A stretch of 63,391 nt of DNA, the filler included, from Chiloscyllium plagiosum (taxonomy: Eukaryota), in assembly GCF_004010195.1 (NCBI RefSeq). It is 5 parts of one record of this genome, joined end to end, with 100 filler letters (N's around TTAATTAATTAA, not from the genome) between each part and the next. Parts side by side here need not be neighbours in the genome. Positions count along the whole stretch, not along the records: positions 1 to 26,834 come from NC_057717.1; 4 more parts are not named here. The stretch is one strand, 5' to 3'. The notes beneath the pieces were generated by a model, which did no database searches, had not been told where the DNA came from, and was given only the letters and a program-made list of their open reading frames with translations. Position 1 is the stretch's first letter. Every line of letters begins with the position of its first letter. A program made the translations under genes and the position numbers. Shown here in pieces: positions 1-13,569 of the stretch.

Positions 1-795
1 TTTAGGAATGGCTGCGAGGGAAAGCCAGGGACATCAACACCAATAAGCTTGACGTCAGTGATGCATATGTTGTTGGAAGCGATTCTGCTGGACAGCAGTT
101 ACATGCATTTGCAAAGGCAAGGATTGATTAGGGATAATCAACACACATTTGGAATACTGCATAGAATTCTGATCATTCTGATTTAGGAAGCACTTCCTGA
201 AACTGTCAATGGAGCAAAGATTGACGAAGATGTCACTGATACTGGAGGGTTTGACAGAAATAGGGAGGGTGGTTAAGCTGGAAAACAACATGGGGGGATA
301 AGATAGATTTGGCAGGCAATGTTAAGGAGAATGCAAAGAATTTTCCACAGCACACAAGGACAAAAAAAAAACAACTCGACAGACACTAGGGCTCCTCAAA
401 GATCAGCGAGGCCATGCAAGTGTGGAACCACAGGAGATGTGCGAGAGCCTAAATGAATATTTCATGTCAGAACATATTATAAACAAAGACTAGAACACCA
501 ATAGAAAGAAACAGTGATGGCTTGTAAAGAGTCCCTGTTACAGAAGAGGTGGTGCTGGAGGTCTTAAAACACAAAGATTAAGAAAACCCCAGGTCCTGAA
601 CAAGTGTATCCCAGAACATTGTGGCAAAGTAGTGGCAGGGGCATGGGCAGAAATATTTATATCATTGTCCTTCGTATTTCCATTAGGCGTGGGTGGCTGA
701 GGGGTGACCTTACAAAGGCTTATAAAACCATGAGGGATACAGGTAAGTTGATTAACCCACGTCTTTACACCAGAACAGTGGAGTCCATAACAAAA
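1..795 (+). mobile_element. Old, internally deleted CR1-clade LINE fragments (part of duplicated block A)
   Basis: Degenerate RT/tether-like pieces (MYPRTLW, LRGDLTKAYKTMR); colinear with 11471-12680. Confidence 0.7.
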
Positions 796-799
796 TGGG

Positions 800-2353
800 A
801 TTGAACTGCAGAATGAGGATGTGTTCGCAATTCTGCAAAGTGTGAAAATAGGTAAGTCGTCTGGGCCGGATGGGATTTATCCTCGGATTCTCTGGGAAGC
901 CAGGAAGGAGATTGCCGAGCCTTTGGCTTTGATCATTATGCCGTCATTGTCTAGAGATTGTACCAGAAGGCTGGAGGATAGCAACTGTTGTCCCCTTGTC
1001 CAAGGAGGGGAGTAGGGAAAACCCTGCTCATTCGAGAGCTGTGAGCCTTACTTCAATTCTGGGTAAAGCGTTGGAAAGGCTTGTAAGGGATAGGATTTAT
1101 AATCATCTGGAGACGAATAAGTTGATTAGGGATAGTCAACACGGCCTTGTGAAGGGCAGGCCGTGCCTCACAAACCTTATTGAGTTCTTTAAGAGGATGG
1201 ATGAGGGTAAACCAGTTGACGTGGTGTATATGGATTACAGTAAGGCGTGTGTTACGGTTCCCCACGGTAGGCTATTGCAAACAATACGGAGGCATGGGAT
1301 TGCAGTTTGGATCAGACATTAGCTCGCTGAAAGAAGACAGAGTAGTATTTGATGGGAAATACGCATCCTGGAGTTCAGTTACTAGTTGGTTACGCCAGAA
1401 TCAGGTTTGGGTCTAGTGTTGCTTGTCATTTATACAAATGACCTGGATGAGGGCATTGAATAATGGGTTAGTAAATTTGCAGATGACAGTAAGGTCGGTA
1501 AAATTGTGGAGAGTGACGAAGGATGCTGTCGGTTACAGAGAGGCATAGATCAGCTGCAGAGCTGGACCTAGAGTTCACAAATGGATTTTAAAGTGGAAAA
1601 GTGTGATATCATTCATTTTGGAAGGAGTAACATGAACACAGAGTACTAGTCTAGTGGTAAGATTCTTGGTAGTGTAGATGAACAGAGAGATCTCTGTGTA
1701 CATGTACATAGATCGTTGAAAGTTGCCACCCAGGCTGATAGGGTTGTTAAGAACGCAATCAGTGTATGAGCTTTTACTGGTAGAAGGATTGAGTTTCTGA
1801 ACCATGAGATCATGCTGCAGCTGGACAAAACTCTGGTGCTACATCATTTGGAGCGTTGGGTACAGTTTAGGTCACCACATTACAGCAAAGATATGCAAGC
1901 TTTGCAAAGGGTTCAGAGAAGATTTACTAGGATGTCATCTGGTATGGAGGGAGTGTCTTACGAAAATGTCTGAGGAACTTGAAGCTGTTTTTGTTCAAGA
2001 GAAGATGTTTTCAGGCCTACTACTGAGACGAATAAGATAATCAGAGGGTTAAATGGGTTGGACAGTGAGAACTTTTCCTTCGGATGGCGATGCCTAACGC
2101 GAGGGGAGATAGCTTTAAATTGATGGGTGATAGATATAGGACAAATGCCAGAGGTAGTTTCTTCACTCAGAGTGGTAGGGGCGTGGAACGCACTGCCTGC
2201 GACAGCAGTGGACTCGCCAACTTTAAGGGTATTTAAATGGTCATTGGACAGAATTGGAATCGTGTTGGTTAGATGGGCTTCAGATTGGTTCCACAGGTTG
2301 GCGCATCATCGAGGGCCGAAGGGCCATTACTGCACTGTCATGTTCTATGTTCT
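800..2353 (+). mobile_element. CR1/HER1-type LINE, 5'-truncated ORF2 (RT) pseudogene with 3' tail
   Basis: KSSGPDGIYPRILWEA, SQHGLVKGRPCLTNLIEFF, VDVVYMDYSKA, aaatttgcagatgac (FADD); ends gggccgaagggcc...tgttctatgttcta. Confidence 0.9.
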
Positions 2354-2742
2354 AGACAGCATAAATATGAGGGGAGAGAGGAAAGACATAAAAGGAATTG
2401 GAGTTGAATATATTTCACGAAGAGGAAATAAGGCATGTTGCAGACATTGAAGCAAGTTACAGATATCGGGATGCAGTCTGGAAAGCAGTAAGTTTCAATT
2501 ATATGGAGGGAAAATAAGGAGGAGAGGAGGTTACAGAGATAAGACTTATTATAGCAATTACAAATTACTGAATAAACTGGCCCACAAGACATGCCATAGA
2601 TACAGTGTTGCAGAGTAGTGAGTCTCAGTACCTGGTAGTAAGTCTGTACTCTGCTCCCCCTCTAACACTATGTCATGTCTTGTTAGCCGATGTTTGGAGC
2701 CCTCTTATTGCTCTCTGCTTTGTGCACTGCGAATGGTCTTAC

Positions 2743-2877
2743 CTCGCAGCAGGATTTATCGAAGGGTCCAGATCTCCCTGCTCTTTGTCTCTCTGGCTGA
2801 CCAACCATCTTCAATTTAGTGATGGATGAGACACCCAGCAGCTGGGAAGTCTATTGAGTCAGGAACTTCCTGAGTAC
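2743..2877 (-). other. Candidate exon (135 nt) of an unidentified transcript, possible ATG at 2808
   Basis: Minus strand: pyrimidine tract ending ctcctgtag| and GAG|gtaaga donor; both sites kept in the paralog at 13436-13569. Confidence 0.45.
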
Positions 2878-3014
2878 CTACAGGAGACAGAGAGATAGAC
2901 AGAATGAGAAATTAGACTGATGCAGTGAGGGTTACAGATGGAGAATGTTCCTGAGTATCACAGAGATCTGGAAAATCCCAGTCTCCATTCCTGTTCCTTG
3001 CTGCCTTGTCTCAC

Positions 3015-3052
3015 CGGGGTGGAGAATTCTGTTAGGTCGGAATCTGGAATAG
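3015..3052 (-). other. Candidate 38-nt micro-exon
   Basis: Minus strand tttcag|CTATTCC...CCCG|gtgaga after a (TC)n/(CA)n tract; paralog at 13707-13743 (ttgcag|...|gcgaga). Confidence 0.35.
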
Positions 3053-3058
3053 CTGAAA

Positions 3059-3142
3059 GTGTGTGTGTGTGTGTGAGACATAGAGACAAGAGAGAGAGAG
3101 AGAAAAGAAAGAGAGAGAAAAATAGAGAGAGAGAGACTGACA
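3059..3142. repeat. (GT)n/(GA)n microsatellite
   Basis: Directly visible. Confidence 0.9.
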
Positions 3143-3309
3143 GAGGCAGGAATTAGACTCACACGGTGAGGGATAACACATGGAGAGATACAGAGTGATA
3201 CCGCCAGAGTGCTGAAAGATGTCAGGGTCATACAATTGGGTCGGAAGAACGGGTTTACCTTCATGATCCACTGGTATCAGTGTTCAGAGATGAGCAACCA
3301 GTGATTAGG

Positions 3310-3685
3310 CGAAGTGATTGCCTAGTGGTATTATTGCTAGCGAATGTATCCCATGCCTCATCTAATGCTCAGGGGAGGCAGGTTTGAATCCCAACATCAG
3401 AAATGGAGAAATTAGAAACCAACAATTTTAAAAATAGTAATGAACAATCCACAAATAAGTATGAAACCATTGCTGATGTACAAAACATCCAAATACTTGT
3501 ACTTTCGAGAAGGACATCTGCCAATCTTCACGTGGTCTGCACGACGTACCCACAGCAAGGTGTCTGCCTCTCAATGACCCTCTGAAATGGACGAGCAAGC
3601 TACTCAGCTCAAGGGCAGCAAGGACTGGGCAAGAAAGGCTGGTCAGCCAGAGACACTCACAGCCAATACCTGACTTAAAAAAATA
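3310..3685 (+). mobile_element. Old tRNA-derived SINE-like element
   Basis: A-box-like tagtggtatt and B-box ggtttgaatcc; body ...ccctctgaaatgg...caagctactcag; related copies at 13940-14295, 15715-15905 (-) and 50160-50420. Confidence 0.6.
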
Positions 3686-3984
3686 ATCCACTGGAACCAT
3701 GGAGGGAGCAGTGTCCCGTCCTATCATGTCCGTAGGTTTATGGACAGGGCTTAAAACTGACAGAGAGGGTGCATGAACCGCGTTCAGGTGAAAGGAGCTT
3801 TCCAAATCCCAATAGAAAAGGTGAAGTATCGGAACACCATGAGGATGTGGCTGAAGACAAGCAGAAAGGAACAGAATGGGACAGTGATTAACTGAAACTG
3901 TACATCAGTGAATAGGGTTGTGACAGGAAATTGTGGGAAAGCTTAAATTATGCTTATGTTTAGAACGGATAAAGTTTCTACCCT

Positions 3985-4280
3985 TTCGTCATTTATGTCT
4001 ATGCATAAAATCCCTTTGGATTCTCCTTAACCCTATTTGCCAACGCTATCCCCTGTCTGCTTTTCGCTCTTAAGTATACTCTTACTGCCTTTATACTCTA
4101 AATATTCACTGGATTTCTCCTATATGCTTCCTTCTTTTTCCTAACCAAAACATCAATTTCTCTAGTAATCCAACATTTCCTGGAACTATAAGCCTTTCCT
4201 TCACACTAACAGGAATACTGTTTACTGTCTATGAACTCTCGTTATCTAATTTTTGAAGTCTTCCCATTTTGCAATGATAA
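3985..4280 (-). mobile_element. CR1-clade LINE fragment
   Basis: Reverse complement resembles the ORF2 linker (ggttaaggagaatccaaagggattttat) seen in + strand copies. Confidence 0.6.
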
Positions 4281-4919
4281 AGGTTTCATTCTCTCAAAAT
4301 CAAAACTCTCCAATTCTTGCGTCTCGTGAAACTGCCGCTGAAATATAATGGAAAAGAATCATTCCAATCGAAGGCTTTGTTGAGATGAGCTCTGGTCAGT
4401 CATGCAGATCTGGAGGGCACATGAGCAGCACCAGGTCAGTGTCAGGCACACAGACAGAATGGGTAAATAGATTCACAACTGAATTCACATCTCCCAGCCT
4501 GGTAACCTGAAGCTGTGTTCAGCCATTCTGATAAAAATCTCCAAACTTAGGTCAACAAGATTGTACCACCAGGTTCGGCAGCCCTTCCTACCTCCGTAAA
4601 ATGGCCTGGACTCTACAACTCTTCCTTCCTCTGCAAAGTTACCCAGAAGGGCACTGGAGGATGGTGGAGGTTATGTGGACAGGGAGGGATACCAGGACAG
4701 GAGGGTAATGCAGATATCAGGAAAATTGCAGTGGTAAAAGGAGGCTTCATGAATTTTGAGTGTTGATGCTAATAAAGGAGGTTACAGAGCTAAGGAGAAT
4801 TGTAGGGACGTGAAGAGATTTCACAGCTCTGGAGTGTTGTAGGCACTGGAGGAAGTTACCAAAATTGGGAGGGTTTATGATTGGAAGGATTTCACAGAAA
4901 ACCTTGACAAGGTTAAAAG

Positions 4920-5640
4920 CAGGATTCTTGGTGAGTGTCGAGGAACAGCGGGATCTTGGGATTCAATCCATGGATCCCTCAAAGTTGCCAACCATATTGA
5001 TTGGGGTTTTGAGAAGGTGTATGGTGTGTTGGCTTTCATTAGCAGGGAGATTGAGTTTAAGAGTCACAAAGTTATGCTGCAGCTGTATAGATCCCTGGTT
5101 AGACCACACTTGGAATATCATGTTCAGTTCTGGTTGCCTTATTATCGTAAAGATGTGGAAGCCTCAGAGAGAGTGCAGAGGAGATTTATTAGGATGCTGC
5201 CTGGACTGGAGGGCAGGCCTTATGAAGAAAGGCTGAGGGAGCTAGGGTTTTTCTCATTGAAGATGATAAGTCACTTGATAGAGGTGCACGGGATGATGAG
5301 AGTCTGAGATAGAGTGGATAGCCGGAGAATTACCCCATTGTGAAGATGGTTATCAGAAGGGATCATAATTTAAAGGTGATTGGATGAAGGTTTAGGGGCG
5401 TTGGCAGAGTAGGTTCTTTACACAGAGAGTGGTGGGTGCTTGCAATACACTGCAGCGGTGGTAGTAGAGTCAGTTACATTAGTGATATTTAATTATCTCT
5501 TTGATAGGCAAATGGATGATAGTAAAATGTAGGGTCTGTAGATTATAGTTTGATCACAGAGTAGGAAAAAAGGTCGGCACATCGTTGAGGGCCAAAGGGC
5601 CTGTCATGTGCTCTACTGTTCTATGTTTTGTGTTCTATAT
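4920..5640 (+). mobile_element. CR1/HER1-type LINE 3' end
   Basis: ORF 5017-5307 LQLYRSLVRPHLEYHVQFW...ERVQRRFIRMLPGL; tail agggccaaagggcctgt...tgttctatg. Confidence 0.9.
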
Positions 5641-6500
5641 AGGGCTGGGTACAATGGCACGCAGATGTTTCAGAAAGCTGGAGAGGATGAGATCTGGAGG
5701 AAGAGACACAAATAGGGAGGGTTGCTAGGAATGTCAGAGGTAACAGAGACAGCAATGGTCTGATCAGGTGCAGATAATGCAGGCTGAGAGGGTTCTGGGA
5801 ATTGGACGTGGTTTCACCAGGAAGGAGGAACGGAGAGTCACAGCAGGTTACAGAAATGCAGAGAGCTGTAGGGCCTACAGATGTACATGGAGATGGGGAG
5901 TTTGGGAGTGATGGAGCAGTTTACAGGCATAAGGATATCGTGAGGATGGAGTGGTTTACACAGACAAGGAATGCTTTAGGAGCAGATCACAGAGATAAAG
6001 TGGGTTATACAAATTGAAAGAACAAACAGACATATGCAAAGTAGTCAGACCAAAGATTTTTATAGACATGGGAAGGCTAAGGTTCTGGAGTTTTTTTGCA
6101 TTGGAGGGTGTGGAGTCTGACAGATTTTCTGAGAGATAAGGACAGCAATTTTGGTTGGGGACAGTTTCACAGAAAAAAGGGAACATGAGTAAGCTCCGAC
6201 AGTTTGGTCAAGGGAAGGATTGTAGGGGAGGGTGACGTTTACACAGATTGGGATGTCATAGCTGGAGAAGGTTATGGAGAAGAGCAGATGGATGGAGAGA
6301 CTGGAGGAGATTACATTGACAGAGTGTGTGCTAATGACAGGAGGATGTTACACAGACGGTGGGTCTTGTAGAAACTGGATCGGGAGAGCCACCGGCATTG
6401 AAGTGAGTTCTACAGATCGGGAGTGCGACAGGGACCTGAGAGGATTGTGGGGTCTCCAAAGATTGATCATATCTTTAGGACTGGAAGGGGTAGATACAGA
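5640..6500 (+). repeat. Highly decayed purine-rich minisatellite (ggaggttacagagataggg-like motif)
   Basis: Recurring ggttacaga / tttacacaga motifs; similar stretches at 2440-2550, 4650-4900 and 12960-13110. Confidence 0.45.
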
Positions 6501-6699
6501 AACCTTAAAGCCAATGTATTCCATCTTCTTTGTTCCCGAGTAGAGCCTCAATATCCCTCATCAGCCAGGGATCCTAGAAACTGCCAGCTTTTCCCTTCAC
6601 CCTAACAGGGACTCTGGATTCTTGAGATCACACTTTTCAAAGCCTCCCATTTGCCAGTCGTTCCTTTTTATTCAAACAGACTCACCCAATCGATGGTAG

Positions 6700-6990
6700 T
6701 CATGATTTGGAGATGCAGATGTTGCACTGGGGTGGGCAAAATTAAAAGTCACACAACACCACGTCCAGCAGGTTTGTTTGGAAGCGCTAGATTTCAGAGC
6801 GTTGCTTCTTCATCGGTGGTTGTGGAGCACAGTCATAAGGCACAGAATTTATAGCAACAGGATAGCAGTGTCATGGAATGTAATAATAAACAAATTTAGA
6901 TGAAGTATTTCATCTTTTGGAATGATCAATAGCGCTTCCAAATCTAGTTGGATTATAAACAGGTGCTGTGTGATTTTTAGCTTCACCCAA
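6700..6990. mobile_element. Penelope-like element terminal fragment (family 2)
   Basis: ggagatgc...ctggggtgg...aaagtcacacaacacc...tttcagagcgttgcttcttcatc; same family as 24022-24215. Confidence 0.5.
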
Positions 6991-8400
6991 ACGACCTCTA
7001 CTAGATCCTGCCTAATGGCACGAAAACTGGCCCTGCTCCAGTTTAGCATCTTAATCTGTGGACCTATTCGATGTTTTTCCATAACTACGTGAATTCTCAG
7101 ACAGTTGTGGTCACTGGACCCAAAGTGCTGTCCGACTGAGACTTCAGTCACTTGCCTGACCTCGTTTTCGGAGGGGAGGTCCAGTGTTGCACCCGCTTGA
7201 GTAGAGTTAGGCCGTCTAGATCTTCATGTAGGAAATGTTCTTGGGCATATGTGTCAAATTTCACTCCGTACGCGCCTTTTACTCTCTGGGTGGCCCAGTC
7301 AATCCAGGGGAAATTAAAATCTCCAAACAATAATACTCTATTATTCCTACTGTTATCGCCCATCTCTCAACACATCTGCTCCTCCAATAGCCGCTGGCTG
7401 TTTGAGGGTCACAACACAGTCCCAACAGTTTGACCAACCCCTTTTTGTTTATAACTTCCAAACATGTGGCCTCATTTGATAACCCCTTAAGAGTATCCTC
7501 TCTAAGAGTATCTTCTGTTGTTATGTCCTCCCTTATCAAAAGCACAGCACACCCTCTTCACTTACTTGTCCTTCTATCCCGCCTGTAGCTTCTGTATCCT
7601 GGAACACTGAGCTACCAGTCATACCCTTCTCTCAGCCATGTTTCTGTTATGGCTATAATATCCCAGTCCACAGAGCCATTCCATGCTCTGAGCTCGTCTG
7701 CCTTACCAGTCAGGTCTCATGTGTTGAAATAAATGCACGTTAAACCAGAAATCTTTTCTGTTCCTTTACTGTACCCCTGGATATCCTGAATAAGATACTT
7801 GGTCTTGGTGGCTGATGTATCTTCCCCTGGATGGTCAATGGCCCCTTTCATATTCAGAGTCCCAAAACCCTGCCAAACTAGTTTAGATCCTTCCAGGGTA
7901 ACACTAGCGAATCTCGCTCCAGTGTTACTGGTGCCCTTCTGGATCAAGTCCAACCCATCCCTCTTTTACAGGTCACCTCTACCCCAGAGGAGATCCCAAT
8001 GATACAAGAACCGGAAACCCTGCCCCCTCCACCAGCTCCTCATCCACACATCCATCCGGCCTAACTTCCTATGTCTATCCTCACTGGCACGTGGCACTGG
8101 GAGTAATCCAGATATGACTAGCCTTGGGGTCCTGCTTTTTAAATTCTTACTGAAATCCCTGTACTAGTTTCACAGGACCCCATCCCATTGTCTATCTTGG
8201 TCAATCGTACAAATGTGCACAATGGTCTCTGGCTGTTCACCCTCTCCGTTCCGAATGTTCTGCAATTGTTCAAAGACATCCTTGACCCTGGCACACAGGA
8301 GGCAGCACACCATCCTGGGGTCTCTTCCGCAGCCACACAGTCTCCTGTCAGTCCCCCTCACATCTGACTCTCCTATTAGTATCAAGACCATTGGACAGGA
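6990..8400 (-). mobile_element. CR1-clade LINE 5' portion: ORF1 (SGNH esterase-like) and ORF2 endonuclease, decayed
   Basis: Minus ORFs: GDFNFPWIDW and HFGSSDHN (APE endonuclease); IGESDVRGTDRRLCG...RMVCCLLCARVKDV...IVHI (ORF1). Confidence 0.85.
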
Positions 8401-8439
8401 TGTGACAAACATGGTATGGGAAGAACCATCTGCGTTTGG

Positions 8440-9780
8440 GTCTATATTTGTAAAATGGGAGCATTTTAAAGTGATAGAGTGAAAATTCAGGGCTAGTGTG
8501 TGCATGAGGATGGAATGGCAAAGGCAGCAAATCCAGCGAATACTGATCAAGTGGTATCGTCAGTTTTTTAAAGAGAATACAGTTCAATAAAAACAGGTGA
8601 AGCCAATCACAAGTATAGAGAGTGCAAGGGGGTCCTGAAAAATGAGGGACAAACAATGGTCACAAAATATCCTTGGCCGATAATGTTAAAGAAAAGCCAC
8701 AAGGTATTCTACCAGTACAGTGAGAGTAAAAGGATTACTGGGGAAAGGGTGGGGCCTGTTAGAAACCGAAGGGACAATCTGTGCATGGAGCCAGAGGAAG
8801 TAGGTGAAGTCTTCAATGAATACTTCCCACCTGTATTCACACAGGAGAAAGACATTGTTCCCGGGCATTTCAGTCGGGATGGTGAGGTTCTCGAACATGT
8901 TAAGATCAATAAGGAGGAGGTATTAAATGCTTTCGCTGGTGTAAAGGTGAGGAAGTCCTCAGTGTCCAATGAAATATATCCCAGGCTGCTTTGGGAGGCA
9001 AGGGAGGAGGTTGCTGGGCCCCAGGCAGATATATGTAATACTCTGCTGACCACAGGTGAAGTGTCGAATGACTGGAAGATAGGGAATGTGGTTCCTTTGT
9101 TCAACAAGGGCAGCAGGGATAGGCCAGGTAATTACATAGAACACAGAACATTGCAACGCAGTACAGGTCCTTCGGCCGTCGAAGTTGCGCCACCCTGTGA
9201 TACTAATTTGAAGCCCATCCCACCTATACTATTCCATGCATGTTCATATGCCTGTCCAATTACAGAGCAGATAGTCTGACTGCAGGGGGAGGGATAAATT
9301 GGGAAAAAAATTCTGAGGGACAAGATGTATCAACATTTGGAAAGGCAGGAATCGATTAGGGAAAGTCATCACGAATTTGGTAGAGGAAGATTCTGTCCGA
9401 TGAATTCAGATGAGTTTTTTGAAATGGTGTCTAAAAATATTGATAAGGGCCATGCAGATGATGTGGGTTCCATGGAGTTCATTAAGGTCTTTGACAAGGT
9501 CCCACGTGGAAGGCTGGTTCAAAAGGGAAAAGCCCATGGGATCGGAAGCAAGTTGGAAAATTGGATCCAAAATTGGAGGATTGTTTTTGTGATGAGAAGC
9601 CTTTCACCAGTGGGTGCACCACAGGGATCTGTGCAGGAACCATTGCTGTTTATTATGTACATTAATAACTCGAATGTGAAAGCAGAAGGTATCATCAGTT
9701 TTGCAGATGACATGAAAGGTGAGGGTGTTGTTCACAGTGAGGGGGGTGGTCTCAGGCTACAGTCTGAAGGTTGACGCTGG
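8440..9780 (+). mobile_element. CR1-clade LINE ORF2 fragment
   Basis: IYPRLLWEAREEVAG, WKIGNVVPLFNKGSRDRPGNY, FDKVPRGRL, GAPQGSVQEPLLF, SFADD. Confidence 0.85.
9136..9257 (-). mobile_element. Short CR1 3' end nested in the LINE, 7-bp TSD aattaca
   Basis: tagaacacagaac...caggtccttcggcc is an inverted CR1 tail; aattaca on both sides. Confidence 0.7.
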
Positions 9781-9799
9781 GACAGAATTTCAAGACAGT

Positions 9800-12700
9800 C
9801 ATTTCAATCGACCAGGCAGGCACCAGCATAGCAATGATGGGAAACTGATGAACTAAGCTGCATTTATTTTGATGGAAAAGACCTGACAGGGAAAGCACAT
9901 GAACCCAACGCATGCATGGGAACATGGGACTGGAATGCCATAGGTATTACAGTAACACAGCTGAGGGAGGGACAGGACTGGCAGCTCAATGTTCCAGGGT
10001 ACAGATTCTACAGGAAGGATAAAAGGACAGGCAATTGAGGTGGGGTAGCGGAGGTTTAGATTTGTGAAAACATAACTGCAGGACTTCGAGAAGATATTCC
10101 TGGGGATCGCCCAGTGAAGATATACGAGTGGAACTGAGAAATAAGAATGCGTCATCAGTTTGATATAACTGTACTACAGGCCCCCAATAGTCAGCAGGAA
10201 ATTGAGCAGCAATTTTTTCTGGACATCTCAGATACTTGTAAGAATGATAGGGCTGTAACGGTCAGGGAGTTTAACTTACTAAACCGAGATTGAGACTGAC
10301 AAAATGTTCTGAGCTTGGATGAGAGGGATTTGTTCAGTATGATCAAGAAAACTGGCTCAGTCAGTATGTAAATGACCCAACTGCAGGAAGAGGTGAAACC
10401 TGACCTCCCTTTGGGAAGCAAGGTAGGGAAAAGTGCTTAAGGTGATAGTTCGGGAGCATTTTGGAAAAGTGACCACAATTATATTAGTTTGAAAATAGCT
10501 ATGGATAATTGGTAGGCCTGGTCCACAAGATAAAGATCAAAATTGGCCTTACCCCAATTCAGAAGGTATTTAACATAGAGCATAGAACATAGAAGAATAC
10601 AGCGCAGTACAGGCCCTTGGGCCCTCGATGTTGCGCCGATCCAAGCCCACCTAAACTACACTAACCCACTATCCTCCATATACCTATCCAATGCCCTCTT
10701 AAATGCCCATAAAGAGGGAGAGTCCACCACTGTTACTGGCGAGATTTACTGGTATTTGTCAAGAGATTTTAAAAGTTGATATTTGGAGGCTATGTCAAGG
10801 GACCTCAGACATGTGGGAAGCTTTCGAAATAGAGAAAATGAGAGTTCAGGGCACATTGTCCTGTTAGTGTGAAGGACAATGCTGATCACAAGTAGGAAAC
10901 ACTGGATGACTGGGAATATTGAGGTTAAGAAAAAAGTGGGCACGTCATTGTATAGACATCTGCATTAAGTGAATCTCTTGAAGAACATTGCGGGTGTAGT
11001 AACACCTAAGAGGGAAATCAGGAGAGCCCAAAGGGGACCCAAGAAAGCTTTGGCAAACAAGGTTGAGGAAAATCCATAGATGTTCCACAAGAATATTCAT
11101 AAAAAAAAGATTAACTCGGGACAAAATGTGGCCCCTTAAAGATCAATGGCGCCATCAATGTGTGGAATCACAGGAGATGGTTGACATCTTAAATAAAAAA
11201 TTCACACTACAACTTACTGAGGACAAAGGCTAGGGAAGTCAGTGGAATAAACAGTGATATCTTCAAAAGAGTCCACATTACAGAGCAGGAGGTGCTGGAG
11301 GATTTAAAATTCATAAAAACAAGACAATATCTGGGAACTAATCAAGTTTGCCCCTAGATATTGGAAGAAGTTAGGGACGAAATTAAGGAGTTCCTTACAG
11401 AGATATTTCTATCACTGACAGCCACAGGTAATGAGCTGGGATCCTGAAGGGTGGCTAATGTTGTGCCAGTATTTAGGAAAGGCTACAATGGAAAGGCAGT
11501 GACCTAAAGACCAATTAGCTTGGTGTCAGTGGTGCAAATGTTGTTGGAAGTGATTCCACGGGACAGCAGTTAAATGCATTTCAGAAAGTAAGGATTGATT
11601 ACGGATAGTCAGGACAGCTTCGTGCATACAAAGTCGTGTCTCACAAATGAATTGAATTTGTTGATGAGGTGACCAAGAAGACAGACAGAATATCGGAGTC
11701 ATTGTTAGTAGGTTTGTGGATAATAATATCTGTGTTATAATGGGCAGGGAATACAGTTATCGAAGGGGCTCTTGAATAACAGGGACAGCGGGACAAGGAA
11801 TAAAAGATGGTGTTTAATGCAGGTGTTGAACTTTGTTAAGACAAACCAGGGAGGACGAACACAGTTCATGGTAGGGCCCTGGGCAGTGTTGTCAAACAGA
11901 CAGAGACCAAGGGGTTCAGTTACACTGTTCCTTGGAAGTAGCATCACAGTGGGATAAGGTGGGGAATGCGGCATTTGGCACACTTGCCCTCATGGGTCAG
12001 AGCATTGAGTACATGAGCTGGTACATCATGATACGGCTACACAAGACATTGCTGGGTCCCCAGTTGGAGTACTGCGTATTATTCTGATCCTCCTGCTTTA
12101 GGAAGCATGTTCCGAAACTGTAAATGGAGCAAAGAATGATCAAGATGTTACTGATCCTGGAGGGTTAGACTTACAAGGAGAGGCAGGATAGGCTGCAAAG
12201 TGAAACTGGGGGAAAAGAGATAGATTCTCAGAAAAGGTTAAGGAGAGTCCAAAGAGATCCTACAGCATACAAGTACAAAACAGAGACAATAGGGCCCCTC
12301 CTGTGTATAACCACAGGAGATAGGTCAGATACAAAACGAATATTTCATGTCAAAGCATATTGTTGATAAAGACCAGGAAATAAAGGAAAAGAAACAGTGA
12401 TGGCTTGTAAAGAGTTCCCCATTACAGAAGAGCTGGTACTAGAGGTCTTAAAACACAAAAGGTAGATAAAAACCCAGGTCCTGTACAGGTGTATCCCAGC
12501 ACATTGTGGCAAAGTAGTGGCAGTTACCACAGCAGAGATATTTGTTTCATTGTCCTTCATATTTCCTTTGGGTGTAGGTGGCTGAGGGGTGACCTGACAA
12601 AGGTTTATAAAACCATGAGGTATACAAAAGGTGAATTGCCAAGATCTTTACCCCAGGGTAGGGGAGTCCACAACTAAAGGGCATAAATGTGAGGTGGATA

Positions 12701-12960
12701 GGAAAGACTTAAAAGGGACGGGAGGAGAACATTTCCCACACAGAATATGGTGTACATATTGAACGATCTGCCGGGGAAATTGCAGAGAAAAGTACATTAA
12801 AACACGTGAAATAAACTTGGGCATGAAAATGGAGAGGAGAAGGTTTGAAGGGATATGGGTCAAATGCAGGCAAAAGCAACTCTTTCAGGGACACTGGACA
12901 GCATGGACTAGTTGGATCAAACCAAAGGTTCTGATTCAGTTCTGTTTGGTTCTGTCATTG
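9800..12960 (+). mobile_element. Decayed CR1-clade LINE pieces (endonuclease to 3' region), with a nested minus-strand CR1 tail at ~10575-10742
   Basis: ggactggcagctcaatgttccagggtacaga (EN), gagcattttggaaaagtgaccacaat, RT-like pieces; nested catagaacatagaagaatacagcgcagtacaggccc. Confidence 0.75.
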
Positions 12961-13435
12961 GAGGATGGGACTACTGAAATGAGGCATGTTGTAGAGACTG
13001 AAGCAAGTTACAGAGATAGGGATGGTAGTCTGGAATGCAGTATATTTCAAGCATGTGGAGGGACTATCGGGAATGGAGGAGGTCACAGGGACAGGAATTT
13101 TTATATGAGTTACAAATTATTGAAGACATCGGACCATGAGACATGCCATAGATATAGTGTTGGAGATCCCAGGCAGCATTCCCACACTCTCATGGGAGGC
13201 ATGCTTTCCCCACTGTGCTGCTGATGCTCACTAAGATAGCACAGGCCTGGATTGATATCTGTGACACTCCTGATGCTAGCTTACTACAACAAAAGTAACA
13301 GTAGGGGTGATGATTGAGACTGGGGTGTGTCTGTACTGTGCTCCCCCACCAGCATTGGTTCTATGTCATGTCTTGTTAGCCGATGTTTGGATCCCTCTCA
13401 TTGCTCTATGCTCTGTGCACTGTGAGTGATCTTAC

Positions 13436-13569
13436 CTCACTGCAGGATTTATTGAAGGCTTCAGATCTCCCTCCCCTTTGTCTCTCTGGCTGACCAACCA
13501 TATTCAATGAGGTGATGAACAAGAGACCCAGACCTGGGAAGTATACTGAGTCAGGAACTTCCTGAGAAC
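13436..13569 (-). other. Candidate exon (134 nt), paralog of 2743-2877
   Basis: ctcctgtag| acceptor, GAG|gtaaga donor, ATG 66 nt before the donor as in the first copy. Confidence 0.45.
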
